DNA from: a virus
Length of the DNA stretch: 64,000 nucleotides
IMG/VR virus record: IMGVR_UViG_3300049460_000150
Location: 15,113-79,112 of that record
Strand: one strand, 5' to 3'
Part shown: in pieces, positions 25,440 through 34,362 of the stretch
Numbering within the stretch: the first letter of the stretch is position 1
How the letters are laid out: every line of letters starts with the position of its first letter
Position numbers and translations under genes: made by a program
The notes under the pieces: model-generated
Seen by the model: the letters and a program-made list of their open reading frames with translations, nothing else
Told to the model about the DNA's origin: nothing
Database searches by the model: none

Positions 25440-26023
25440 TGCGCAACGTACCAACACCAATCCAGTATCAGGCGCTCATTGATTATGCCGCCGCTAACGG
25501 TTTCTACTGGAAGCACAAACTCAGCACGGCGTGGATGAACGGCACCGACACGCCTTTGCTGCGCCAAATACGCAACGAATTCGGACCCGGCTGGCTCACG
25601 AAATTCAAGCTGCGCACCTACCGCCTGGAACAGATTTCGGAAGTGGCGAAACACTACATCCTTGCCGCCATCTGGGCCGACGCGCCGGAAGGCACGCAAC
25701 CTCGCGCCTCGCAAGAGACCCAGGAGGAAGCCTTTCGCCAGTGCGCAAAGTTCATCATGGAATGCGGCCCTCTGTTCGACGCTGCCATGGCGCGTTTCGA
25801 ACGTGGCTACGGCACGCATCCAGACGCGGGCAGTGCAGAGGCCGCTTTCGGCCACGACTTCTGGCTGACGCGGCAAGGCCATGGGGTTGGCTTCTGGGAC
25901 CGCAAGGAACTGGGCAAGGAACTGGGACAAGCTTTGACCGACGCGGCCCATGCAAGGCGCGAGGCCAATTACGAGTTCTACCGTGGCTGGTTCTACTTGA
26001 GGGCTGATTATGAAGCCCGGTGA
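25439..26023 (+). CDS. hypothetical early protein
   Basis: AAGGAG RBS; GHDFWLTRQGHGVGFWDR motif. Confidence 0.7.
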   Translation: MRNVPTPIQYQALIDYAAANGFYWKHKLSTAWMNGTDTPLLRQIRNEFGPGWLTKFKLRTYRLEQISEVAKHYILAAIWADAPEGTQPRASQETQEEAFRQCAKFIMECGPLFDAAMARFERGYGTHPDAGSAEAAFGHDFWLTRQGHGVGFWDRKELGKELGQALTDAAHARREANYEFYRGWFYLRADYEAR

Positions 26024-26201
26024 TACCATCACGTTCCGCCATTACGGCGTCGAAAAGACTGAGACCATCGGGCGCATCAGTCCTGATGGCACAATCGTCT
26101 ACACGACGATGTGCCGCTGGCTGCACAAGGAAAGCATTTTGTCCGTCAACAACGTTCCCGTTTCCGGGACCTCAACCAAGGAGAAGAAAGATGAAATTTG
26201 A
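26010..26201 (+). CDS. small hypothetical protein
   Basis: GAGG RBS; contains an 18-bp element. Confidence 0.55.
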   Translation: MKPGDTITFRHYGVEKTETIGRISPDGTIVYTTMCRWLHKESILSVNNVPVSGTSTKEKKDEI

Positions 26202-26709
26202 TCCAAAATATCCGGCGCGCACCAAGGGCGGCGAGACTGTCGCTTTCCTTACCACGGAATCGCGTGATCCAAAGTTCCCGTACATCGGCTACGTCGGCGA
26301 TGAGGACACGCTGACCAAATGGGACAAGGATGGCGCACCACAATATGGGTCCACCTACGACAACGGCTCGCTGGAAAACATCCCGTTTGAAGGCGTGGTT
26401 TACATCGCCATTTACTCTGACGGGAAACGCACCGGGACCTACACGCACTTGATCCCACGAGGCATCCCAAACGTAAGCGAAATGCACCTCCCGTTGGTGT
26501 CCGTCCTCCGCCTACCCTATTCGGTCATGCCTGGAGTGCAGGACCATATCACAACCCTGCTGGCGGAAGCGGAGGCGCTGAAAGAGGAAATGGCCGCGCT
26601 GCCAACACTTGGCGGCATCGTTGACGAATTCGCGGACATCAAACCGCCGAAACCACCCGAAGGTCCGTCGCCGATCCATGACCCGTGGGGTCTCGGAAAA
26701 ATGCCGTGA
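26191..26709 (+). CDS. hypothetical early protein
   Basis: AAGGAG upstream of ATG 26191. Confidence 0.6.
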   Translation: MKFDPKYPARTKGGETVAFLTTESRDPKFPYIGYVGDEDTLTKWDKDGAPQYGSTYDNGSLENIPFEGVVYIAIYSDGKRTGTYTHLIPRGIPNVSEMHLPLVSVLRLPYSVMPGVQDHITTLLAEAEALKEEMAALPTLGGIVDEFADIKPPKPPEGPSPIHDPWGLGKMP

Positions 26710-26810
26710 AAAAGTTGAGCATGGACGCCCTCACGAACTGGGGCGATCCCGCCGTGCGCAAACAGTTCGTTCCACCTCCACCACCTCCCAAACCTCCGAA
26801 GGAGTATCAA

Positions 26811-27632
26811 ATGTCCCAGCTCGCCGAACAGCAAGAAGTTGTTCAACAACTCAACCAGATCATCCGCATTTTCAAGAACTCTAAGGGCGCGATTCGCCCG
26901 CACTTCATGATGACCGGCCCCAGCGGTTCCGGTAAGTCCTTCCTGACCGAAGAACTGGCCGATGAACACGATCTGGCCTTCCTGGAAATCAACGCGGCCC
27001 AGCTCACCAAGGAAGGCACGGCTGGCAACAGCCTGTCCAAAGCGCTGACGCCACTGACCGGCAAGAGCGCCCAGTTGACGCTGTGCTTTGTCGATGAATT
27101 CGACAAGCTGTTCATCAGCGGTAACACGAACTCCCAGCTCGCCCACGAGACCACCAACGGCGTGCAAAACGAGTTCCTGAAAGTGCTGGAATCGAAGACC
27201 ACCTCGGTGTATGGCGAGTACGGAAAATACCATGACGTGAACGTGAACAACGTGTTGTTCGTGTTCGCCGGGGCCTTCAACGGCGAAGAAGACTTGACGA
27301 TCGATCGCCTCCGCGACTTCGGCATCAAGACCGAATTCCTGGGCCGCGTCGGTCTGGTCTACAACCTGAAAAAGCTGTCGCTGGAATCGATGCGCGCTGC
27401 GCTCGAAAACAGCCCTTTGCTCGCCCGCTACCTGGGCTTGTTCCAGAAGGCGCAGAAGGCCGATGTAGTGGCCGCGCTGATGCCTTACATCGCCAAGCAC
27501 TTCGACAAGAACACGCTGGGCATCCGCATCATCAACACGCTGCTGCACCAGTATTTCATCAACGGCGGCAAGCTGCCGGTGCTGGCAACGGAGAACCTGG
27601 CCTTCCAGACTTCCATGGAACTGGCCTCGTAG
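26811..27632 (+). CDS. ClpX-like AAA+ ATPase (minimal, no ZBD, no IGF loop)
   Basis: GPSGSGKS Walker A, FVDEFDKL Walker B, GVQNEFLKVLE, LFVFAGAF, FGIKTEFLGRV, LGIRII; AAGGAG RBS before ATG 26811. Confidence 0.8.
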   Translation: MSQLAEQQEVVQQLNQIIRIFKNSKGAIRPHFMMTGPSGSGKSFLTEELADEHDLAFLEINAAQLTKEGTAGNSLSKALTPLTGKSAQLTLCFVDEFDKLFISGNTNSQLAHETTNGVQNEFLKVLESKTTSVYGEYGKYHDVNVNNVLFVFAGAFNGEEDLTIDRLRDFGIKTEFLGRVGLVYNLKKLSLESMRAALENSPLLARYLGLFQKAQKADVVAALMPYIAKHFDKNTLGIRIINTLLHQYFINGGKLPVLATENLAFQTSMELAS

Positions 27633-27671
27633 GGTCCCGGAAACGGGACCCTCTAATATAAGGGGAATTTT

Positions 27672-27884
27672 ATGAAGACCACACAAGACGGATTCCACAC
27701 GATGCGCGGCCACGTCGCGGATGGTTGTGAGATTGCGATGGCTAACGGCGACACGCTGACGCTCAAGGCCGTCATCAACGGCTGGCAACTGGTCGATCAA
27801 ACCGGGCGCAATTTCGGCCTCGCCACCAACTCGGCGCACGTCATCGCGTGCCTGGTATTTGCCCATCCTTCGGAGGACATCTAA
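27672..27884 (+). CDS. small hypothetical protein
   Basis: RBS after an 18-bp element. Confidence 0.6.
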   Translation: MKTTQDGFHTMRGHVADGCEIAMANGDTLTLKAVINGWQLVDQTGRNFGLATNSAHVIACLVFAHPSEDI

Positions 27885-28180
27885 TGCTCACCACACCACG
27901 CAATCGCCTGCTGACGCATGGGCGCAGCTCCAAGACGTACATGGCCTGCATGGACACGCTGTACGAAACCGCCGACGCCGAACTCAATTCGGACGAGACC
28001 GTTCACGATGAGTTCCACCGGCTGCGGGCGAAGTACAGGACTTTTACTAAATCGTTTATACGGTTTATACGGCCAAAGGTTTTGGCTATCAACAGCCGCG
28101 ACAAGCTGGGCATTTTCGAGGAACAAGTCACGACTGTTTGCGAGCAAATTTACAAGGACTGGGAGAGGGTCACACCATGA
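27884..28180 (+). CDS. hypothetical protein
   Basis: GGAGG RBS, TAATG coupling. Confidence 0.6.
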   Translation: MLTTPRNRLLTHGRSSKTYMACMDTLYETADAELNSDETVHDEFHRLRAKYRTFTKSFIRFIRPKVLAINSRDKLGIFEEQVTTVCEQIYKDWERVTP

Positions 28181-28686
28181 AGCCAGCTAAGACCAAGCGC
28201 GACGAGTTTTTCAAGGACCTGTCGGCGCAAAAGCGCGTGGATAACGGGACGATCCGCGCCCTCAAAATCTACTTCAACAATCGCCAGCACTCACCCAATA
28301 AGGAGCGCTACGAGCGCTTGAACCTGCTGCCCACGCTCGGCCCATATCGCCTGGAGATGCAGTGCGAGGCCGACTACATGCACCTGTTGACCAAAGCGTG
28401 TTACATCAACCCAGACTCCAAACATGAGGTATGGCGCAACACGGAATTCACGCGCTTCTTCGGCACCCAGCAACGCAACATCATGAACGACCGCCACAGC
28501 CTGTATCTGGTGGACTTCCAAGACGAGCAAACGGACGGCAGCGCCAAGTGGGAACGGCGCAACCATCCAGACTGCGAAGCAGGCTTCTTTGTTCCCATTT
28601 ATGAGATGCGTGACAGCAGTGGCAATTCGTTCCAATTTATCATCCGCTCGTGGCAGCAGGGCGGCGACCGTATCACCATCGTTTAA
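28177..28686 (+). CDS. hypothetical protein
   Basis: ATGA coupling. Confidence 0.6.
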   Translation: MKPAKTKRDEFFKDLSAQKRVDNGTIRALKIYFNNRQHSPNKERYERLNLLPTLGPYRLEMQCEADYMHLLTKACYINPDSKHEVWRNTEFTRFFGTQQRNIMNDRHSLYLVDFQDEQTDGSAKWERRNHPDCEAGFFVPIYEMRDSSGNSFQFIIRSWQQGGDRITIV

Positions 28687-28698
28687 GGAGCCTCAAAA

Positions 28699-29013
28699 AT
28701 GAAAGCCAAAATGTTTGCATACCTGACGCAACAGGACATGCACATCCTGTCGGCGGAAGACCTCAAGGACGTTGAGAAGGTTTCCAAGCGCGTCTACCTG
28801 TCATCGCACGACATGAGCGCCCAGGGTTGGGTGTTGGTCGGCCACGTTGAAGCCGACATCGAAATCCTGCCGCCTAACGCTGTGGTCGAAAACGCTGTGG
28901 TTGCGTTCCGCGCCAAGGCCACGGAAATCCGCGCCAAAGCGACGGCGGAATGCACCCAGCTCGAAGGGCTGGTCAACCAACTGCTTGCCATCGAAAATGG
29001 GGTGCAACCGTGA
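28699..29013 (+). CDS. hypothetical protein
   Basis: AAGGAG RBS. Confidence 0.65.
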   Translation: MKAKMFAYLTQQDMHILSAEDLKDVEKVSKRVYLSSHDMSAQGWVLVGHVEADIEILPPNAVVENAVVAFRAKATEIRAKATAECTQLEGLVNQLLAIENGVQP

Positions 29014-29234
29014 AACAGATCGGCGAACCTAAAACCACCACGGCCCGCAACGGTTTGGGCCACGACGCAACCAGCACGCGGACGAACTACGTGATCGAAA
29101 AAAGCGATGTCGGCATGACGCGGGAAAACTACCGTGGCAAAGGGCATTCGCAATACACGTTCGAAGGCTCGGACGTGGGCAAGGAAATCGCAGTCTACAC
29201 GGACGGCACCGGCTGGACGTGCTGGGTATTTTAA
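29010..29234 (+). CDS. small hypothetical protein
   Basis: GTGA coupling; stop abuts an 18-bp element. Confidence 0.55.
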   Translation: MKQIGEPKTTTARNGLGHDATSTRTNYVIEKSDVGMTRENYRGKGHSQYTFEGSDVGKEIAVYTDGTGWTCWVF

Positions 29235-29271
29235 GGTCCCGTTTTCGGGACCTCTAACAACGGAGTGACAA

Positions 29272-29463
29272 ATGAAAATCAAGATTGAAATTGTGACCAA
29301 AGGCGCGGCCTTTGGCGATGACGAATTCGACGCGGCTACTGAGGTGATCCGCGTCATACAAAAGGATGTGGTCCGGCTGATCGACGGTGGGCTATCGAAC
29401 CTGGACCACCGCCTGCTGGACCTCAACGGCAACACCTGTGGCTTCATCAAGGTGACGAAATGA
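29272..29463 (+). CDS. small hypothetical protein
   Basis: GGAGTGACAAATG start signal; DLNGNTCG motif. Confidence 0.7.
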   Translation: MKIKIEIVTKGAAFGDDEFDAATEVIRVIQKDVVRLIDGGLSNLDHRLLDLNGNTCGFIKVTK

Positions 29464-29714
29464 GCGCCATCCGCACCTTCCTGTGGCGGCACGCTCAAGA
29501 CTCCAAATCCCTTGACCGCACCGTATGGATATGGGAGATGAAGGAAGACGGCCCACGCCCAATCGTAATGGACTATCTCTTTCGCTACCAGGACCCGCTG
29601 CGTAAGGTAAAGGAAATCCTCGCCAGCCACGGTGTCTTGGCCCCACCTGTCAACAAGCCAAGCGGGGCCAGTGTTTTCGAACCCAATCCTAACGTAAGGA
29701 TTTTCGAATTATGA
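29460..29714 (+). CDS. hypothetical protein
   Basis: ATGA coupling. Confidence 0.55.
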   Translation: MSAIRTFLWRHAQDSKSLDRTVWIWEMKEDGPRPIVMDYLFRYQDPLRKVKEILASHGVLAPPVNKPSGASVFEPNPNVRIFEL

Positions 29715-29956
29715 CTACTAAATTTGAGATCATCGACCGCAGCCTGGGCCGCGTCTATTTTCTGATGGATGACGGCGTATGGATTCAATGCTATTTGCAT
29801 GAAAATACGCTGTGGGAAAAACGCTTCACTGTCGTGGAGCAACCGTGCCGTGCGGAGTGCGTGCTTTCGCACTTCGACACGTTGGAAGAAGCCCAGCCGG
29901 TGTACGACGCCGCCGTGGCCCGCACCAAGGCCCTTATTTTGGAGGCACTAAAATGA
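29711..29956 (+). CDS. hypothetical protein
   Basis: ATGA coupling. Confidence 0.55.
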   Translation: MTTKFEIIDRSLGRVYFLMDDGVWIQCYLHENTLWEKRFTVVEQPCRAECVLSHFDTLEEAQPVYDAAVARTKALILEALK

Positions 29957-30414
29957 AGATCAAGAACCAAGTAAAGACCGTCAAAGAGACGAACAGCGCC
30001 AAGAACATTTCGTGCTATCTCGTGGTCAATAAAAAGGGCGCGGAAGTTGCAACGATCCACTGCTACCACAGCGCCACCATCCACGGCTTTGTGGTGCGAG
30101 TCGATGTCTACCAGCCGATAAAGGATGGTTTCGCGCAATACCGTGGCCGTTCCATCGCCAACGCCTTGCACGGCGGCGAGATCGCCGGAGTCAAGCTGTA
30201 TGACGGAAGCGAGACCGACGCCGATTCCGAAAAGATGCTCGCGGAATACCGTGCTGGCAACAAGACGATGCAAGCCTATATTGTGCAGCAAGCCGTGTCC
30301 CAAGGGATGTGCTTCACCAACACTGACGGCGACAATCTCTTCACGGGCCTGTATTACATGGAGGGCCTGGAGCGTCTGCATTCCTTTGGTTACATCGTCC
30401 ATCGTGTGCTGTAA
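29953..30414 (+). CDS. hypothetical protein
   Basis: GGAGG RBS. Confidence 0.65.
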   Translation: MKIKNQVKTVKETNSAKNISCYLVVNKKGAEVATIHCYHSATIHGFVVRVDVYQPIKDGFAQYRGRSIANALHGGEIAGVKLYDGSETDADSEKMLAEYRAGNKTMQAYIVQQAVSQGMCFTNTDGDNLFTGLYYMEGLERLHSFGYIVHRVL

Positions 30415-30444
30415 AATGTAGGTTCCAACAACAAGGGAGCTTGC

Positions 30445-30663
30445 ATGAGAATCGAAGACGCCTACGCGGCCAACGGCGAAGCCATTTGGCACTATTTCAA
30501 AGACCCAAAGGCCCGCCCTTGCCCGCGTGGGATCAAGGTACAACTTCTAACCCGTGGCTTCACCACGGTTACGGGGGAATACACGAACGAGGTGGACTAC
30601 CACGCTTGGGCACCTGTCATTAAGAGGGACAAGGCCCTGGAAGAACGTTTAGGAATTTCGTGA
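30445..30663 (+). CDS. small hypothetical protein
   Basis: GGGAG RBS; CPRGIKVQLL motif. Confidence 0.6.
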   Translation: MRIEDAYAANGEAIWHYFKDPKARPCPRGIKVQLLTRGFTTVTGEYTNEVDYHAWAPVIKRDKALEERLGIS

Positions 30664-30857
30664 TGAGTCATGAACATAAAAAGGCGTGCGAACGCATCGC
30701 TACGTTGTGTTCGAAGTCTACCCAGCCGACCAAGCGCATCGAACAGATTTTCGATGTCGCTTTGGAAGCGCTGGGTATGACGGCGAATCAACGCGAATTT
30801 GAAATACGCACCATGCGGCAAACTGCGCTGCAACGCAAGCGCAACCGAGCATCATAA
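30660..30857 (+). CDS. small hypothetical protein
   Basis: coupled ORF followed by a terminator. Confidence 0.55.
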   Translation: MMSHEHKKACERIATLCSKSTQPTKRIEQIFDVALEALGMTANQREFEIRTMRQTALQRKRNRAS

Positions 30858-30861
30858 CCAC

Positions 30862-30880
30862 GCCCCGAAAGGGGCTTTTT
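30862..30880 (+). terminator. intrinsic terminator
   Basis: GCCCC-GAAA-GGGGC-TTTTT. Confidence 0.75.
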
Positions 30881-30893
30881 AACGGAGTGACAA

Positions 30894-31403
30894 ATGGGCG
30901 AAGAAAGCGACCGGATGATCCAGCGGATTCTGGATGAAGACCCTCGCTTTGGTGGTAAGTCAAAAGCCGAGAAGAAACAGGCTCGCGCCGAATGGCTACT
31001 TCGGAGGAAGGAAGCCGCGATGAAAGCCCAACTTCCCATTGTCTCGGTCCTGACCAAAGGAGAACCGATCACGACCGAGAAGCTTTCGGCGCAACACCTC
31101 TCATGGCAGGACCCGCCGCGCACGTTGGAGAACATGCCTGACGCTTTGAAGGCCGAACTGGCAGCGGAAAAACATGAGCATCGGCGGGCCATCAAAATCC
31201 TGCAATGGCTGCAAGACATCACGCAGACAGAAGCCATCAATCAATACAACGCCTACAACCGCAAGCGGCGCGGGGAGGAAGCGGAGGCGGAACGTCACCG
31301 CGAATGCCGCGAAAAGATAGAGCAACTTATGGCCGCTGAAACGCTGGAGGATTTGAAGCCTCTCCTTTCTGAAATCATCATCTTACTTTGGAGTCCAAAA
31401 TGA
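30894..31403 (+). CDS. hypothetical helical protein
   Basis: GGAGTGACAAATG start signal. Confidence 0.65.
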   Translation: MGEESDRMIQRILDEDPRFGGKSKAEKKQARAEWLLRRKEAAMKAQLPIVSVLTKGEPITTEKLSAQHLSWQDPPRTLENMPDALKAELAAEKHEHRRAIKILQWLQDITQTEAINQYNAYNRKRRGEEAEAERHRECREKIEQLMAAETLEDLKPLLSEIIILLWSPK

Positions 31404-32368
31404 CCCGCACTACTACCCGCACCACCACGACCGCATCCGTCCCAGCCATCGCTTTGGAAAAAAGTGCCATGCGCGGCCTGGACATCACGCTTACCTTGAA
31501 CCACGTCACGCAGCAGGACGAAAGCGATATGTTCTTCAAGGTCGAAGGCGACCACATCATCGTCGCCTATCTGGTCCAGGACGAGGACTGCGAGGACCCC
31601 ATGGGCAACCATGCCAACGGCGCGATTTTCACGTCGCATCGCCATGCCACTTCCGAGAACCATGTGGGCTTCCAAAACGCGCTGGGTTTGAACTCCGACT
31701 GGCAACCAGATTTTGAGCTGGTGGACGAGGGAAAAGTCTATGCATTGGTGCGCGCCGACATCGAAAGCTGGGCGACCAAAGACATTGGCAAGTTCTCGGA
31801 CCTGCTGGACGCCGTGGTCGAAGATCACGAGGAAGGTAAGCCTGACACTGACCAACTGGCTTGGGTTTTCGACCGCCTGGATGACCTGGATGGTATCGAA
31901 TCTTCCAGCTACGATTTCGACATGGACGCCTACCGTATGGCGGCATGGTCCGAGGGTCGCTTAAACGGGACCATTGGTAACAAGTACGCCGTGTCCCTCG
32001 ACGTGTACGAACACGGAGGCATTTCCTACAGCTTGTCGGGCCAGGGCACGCAGTGCCAATTCGACACGGCACGCGGAGGCGCGATCTGGGTGCCTGATGA
32101 GTCTTGCGTGGAGAACTTCGAGGACAAGAATCTGACCTACGAAGAGAACATGAAGAAGGCGCGTGAATACGCTAAAACCATCGTGGAAGAGTACACCCGC
32201 TGGTGCAACGGTGAATGCTACGGCGCGGTCGTGGAGCGTCACACACTCGAAGGTGAGTTTGTGGAAGAACTCGATTCGTGCTGGGGCTACATCGGCGCTG
32301 ATTACGCCAAAGAGCAGTGCAAAGAACAGTTCGACAACCAAGGAGAAGAAGATGCAACTCAAGGCTAG
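31400..32368 (+). CDS. highly acidic hypothetical protein
   Basis: D/E-rich throughout; YEHGGISYS, W..GECY, DSCWGY motifs. Confidence 0.7.
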   Translation: MTRTTTRTTTTASVPAIALEKSAMRGLDITLTLNHVTQQDESDMFFKVEGDHIIVAYLVQDEDCEDPMGNHANGAIFTSHRHATSENHVGFQNALGLNSDWQPDFELVDEGKVYALVRADIESWATKDIGKFSDLLDAVVEDHEEGKPDTDQLAWVFDRLDDLDGIESSSYDFDMDAYRMAAWSEGRLNGTIGNKYAVSLDVYEHGGISYSLSGQGTQCQFDTARGGAIWVPDESCVENFEDKNLTYEENMKKAREYAKTIVEEYTRWCNGECYGAVVERHTLEGEFVEELDSCWGYIGADYAKEQCKEQFDNQGEEDATQG

Positions 32369-32726
32369 TATCACCCGCGAGCTGTCGGTGGATTTTATCG
32401 ACGGCATTTTCGTTACCGCTTTCGAGGGCGGAATCAACTACTGGTGCGACCATGCAGTCTCGCAGTACGAGGGGGAGCATGTTGTCAGCACTAAGCTCCA
32501 CTATAAAGAGGACGAAGACGAGCCAAAAACGACGGAGGTTTCCGTTGATACCGCTGCCGTCGTTGACGCCCTCACCAAGATCATCGAAGGCATCTACCAG
32601 TGCCGCGTTGATTTGCGCGAGGCAATTACTCGTGCAGTGTTCGACCTGGACGCCGGAAACATCGACGCAGATTGCGCCGATGTTGTTGTCCAGTATGCAG
32701 CGTTTAAAGAACTTGTCTACGGCTGA
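32352..32726 (+). CDS. acidic hypothetical protein
   Basis: AGGAG RBS; EGGINYW...IDADCADVVVQ. Confidence 0.65.
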   Translation: MQLKASITRELSVDFIDGIFVTAFEGGINYWCDHAVSQYEGEHVVSTKLHYKEDEDEPKTTEVSVDTAAVVDALTKIIEGIYQCRVDLREAITRAVFDLDAGNIDADCADVVVQYAAFKELVYG

Positions 32727-32776
32727 CAAATTCGGAGTATAATCACAACCTTTCCATCCATCTACTGAGGAAAATC

Positions 32777-32998
32777 ATGAACACCAATCTCACCAAAGTT
32801 GTATCCAGTCAAATCGCCGCTGTCGGCCACGCCAACAACATCCTGACCGTCCAGTTTAACAACGGTGCCACCTACGAATACGCGAACGTCGATGATGGCC
32901 TGTATGCCAAGCTGATGGAAGCGGAATCGATCGGTTCCTACTTCAGCCGTGAAATCAAGGCCAAGCAGACCGTATTCCCGTTCACCAAAGTCGCCTAA
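32777..32998 (+). CDS. KTSC-domain protein
   Basis: V.SS.I..VG...L.V.F.NG..Y.Y..V....Y..L..A.S.G.YF...IK signature. Confidence 0.85.
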   Translation: MNTNLTKVVSSQIAAVGHANNILTVQFNNGATYEYANVDDGLYAKLMEAESIGSYFSREIKAKQTVFPFTKVA

Positions 32999-33011
32999 AT
33001 CTCAACCCAAT

Positions 33012-33036
33012 AAGGGGGCCACTTCCGGCCCCTTTT
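33012..33036 (+). terminator. intrinsic terminator
   Basis: GGGGCC-ACTTCC-GGCCCC-TTTT. Confidence 0.65.
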
Positions 33037-33052
33037 CCACAAGGAGTTTTTG

Positions 33053-33556
33053 ATGCAAATCTTGACCAATCCTTCGGCGCAAGTCGCCATGATGAACACG
33101 GTGTTCGGCAACCCTGCTGGCGTCATCAGCGCGCCCGACTGGACCGCCATCGACCGCCAGATGAACATTATCGAGAGCGAATTCCATGAACTGAAACTGG
33201 CGGTGGCCGCTCGCCGAATCCACGGCGTTGGCGGCATCCGCGACGGCATCGCAGATTTGAACGTGACCAACCTGGGCATGGCCCACGTCCTGGGCGTCGA
33301 TTCCGATGCTGACATGCTGGAAGTTTTCAAGTCCAATATGTCCAAGCTCATCACCAACGAAGACGAGCTGGCCGCGTCCATCGACAAGTACGGCCAATGG
33401 GGCGTCGAAGTCTACGCCGAAGGCGAGTACCCGCGCATGTGCATCAAATCGGTCAAGGACCAGACCGGCAGCAACGGCGAGTTCTACAAGAAGGGCAAGT
33501 TCCTGAAAGGCATCAACTTCAAGGAACCAAAACTGGAGGCGGATCATGTCGAATAA
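33053..33556 (+). CDS. MazG-like nucleoside triphosphate pyrophosphohydrolase
   Basis: IESEFHEL...DGIADL...EV..SNMSK...GK.LKG..F.EP signature. Confidence 0.75.
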   Translation: MQILTNPSAQVAMMNTVFGNPAGVISAPDWTAIDRQMNIIESEFHELKLAVAARRIHGVGGIRDGIADLNVTNLGMAHVLGVDSDADMLEVFKSNMSKLITNEDELAASIDKYGQWGVEVYAEGEYPRMCIKSVKDQTGSNGEFYKKGKFLKGINFKEPKLEADHVE

Positions 33557-33776
33557 AGGCTTTGTTCCGACCAGGGTTGAGAAGGGTGCCTTCTTGGTGG
33601 CGCTTGGCACCGTCATGGCTCGGCAAGACCTCCTGGCCGATGCCGCGTTGGATGGCAACTCTGACGACGACCTCGTGGACATCATGATGGAGAACGGCCT
33701 GGACGCCACTGTGGCCGGTCGCTTCCTGTCGATGGACCATGGTGCCTTGACGGAGGCGATTGATGGTTCGTTCTAG
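33546..33776 (+). CDS. small acidic hypothetical protein
   Basis: GGAGG RBS. Confidence 0.55.
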   Translation: MSNKGFVPTRVEKGAFLVALGTVMARQDLLADAALDGNSDDDLVDIMMENGLDATVAGRFLSMDHGALTEAIDGSF

Positions 33777-34362
33777 CAAAATTTACATCGGCCTTGGGGG
33801 CCGCGCAGGGCATGGGAAAACCACCCTGGCCCGCGACCTCCAAAACTACTTCCGTTGCGCTGGCATGACTTGCGACATAACCTCGTTCGCCACCATCCCT
33901 AAAAAGATGCTGGCAACGATGGGCCTTAGCAACGACGAGTTGTACGGTGCGGATAAGGAAAAACCCAGCGCGCTTATCTCCGGCCACACGCCGCGATTTG
34001 CGATGCAAAGTCTGGCGACGGAATGGGGCCGTCACATGCTCTACGATGAAATCTGGGTTGATGCGTGGCAGCGTGACGCACAAGCCCGCCGGGTGGATGT
34101 TGTGATTGTGGACGACATCCGCCACGGTCCAGAGATTGACAGGTTGCAGGAGATGGGCGCGAAAATTTACGAGGTCTACCGACCTTCGAAAATGCCTCAA
34201 AGCGCGTGGGGATGGTGCAAGCATTATTGGCATCAGCTTTCCGCGCATTCTTCCGAGCGTTTGAACTTCAGAAAGCACGGTATCCAGCGCATAATCGTCT
34301 GCGAGGGCGAGTCGGACAAGACCCTCTACGAAGCACTGGAAATTATTTTCGAAGTGCAATAA
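33763..34362 (+). CDS. deoxynucleoside monophosphate kinase
   Basis: IGLGGRAGHGKTT P-loop, SFA...K, TPRFAMQSLATEWGR, IVDDIR, HSSE. Confidence 0.85.
   Translation: MVRSSKIYIGLGGRAGHGKTTLARDLQNYFRCAGMTCDITSFATIPKKMLATMGLSNDELYGADKEKPSALISGHTPRFAMQSLATEWGRHMLYDEIWVDAWQRDAQARRVDVVIVDDIRHGPEIDRLQEMGAKIYEVYRPSKMPQSAWGWCKHYWHQLSAHSSERLNFRKHGIQRIIVCEGESDKTLYEALEIIFEVQ

Larger units (their letters stand above)
12553..29252. repeat. dispersed 18-bp palindromic element GGTCCCG-(GAAA/TTTC)-CGGGACC, 20 copies
   Basis: copies start at 12553, 13097, 13451, 13487, 13642, 13928, 14187, 14756, 15537, 16586, 17182, 18176, 19905, 20134, 21332, 21896, 23144, 26154, 27633, 29235 (0-1 arm mismatches; centres GAAA, TTTC, AAAA, TTTT or TTAA). 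Confidence 0.95.

Noticed and set aside
12553-29252. 18-bp element as a rho-independent terminator
   Set aside because: No U-tract, occurs in both orientations and inside ORFs; genuine terminators here use a different GCCCC/GGGGC-T-run pattern.
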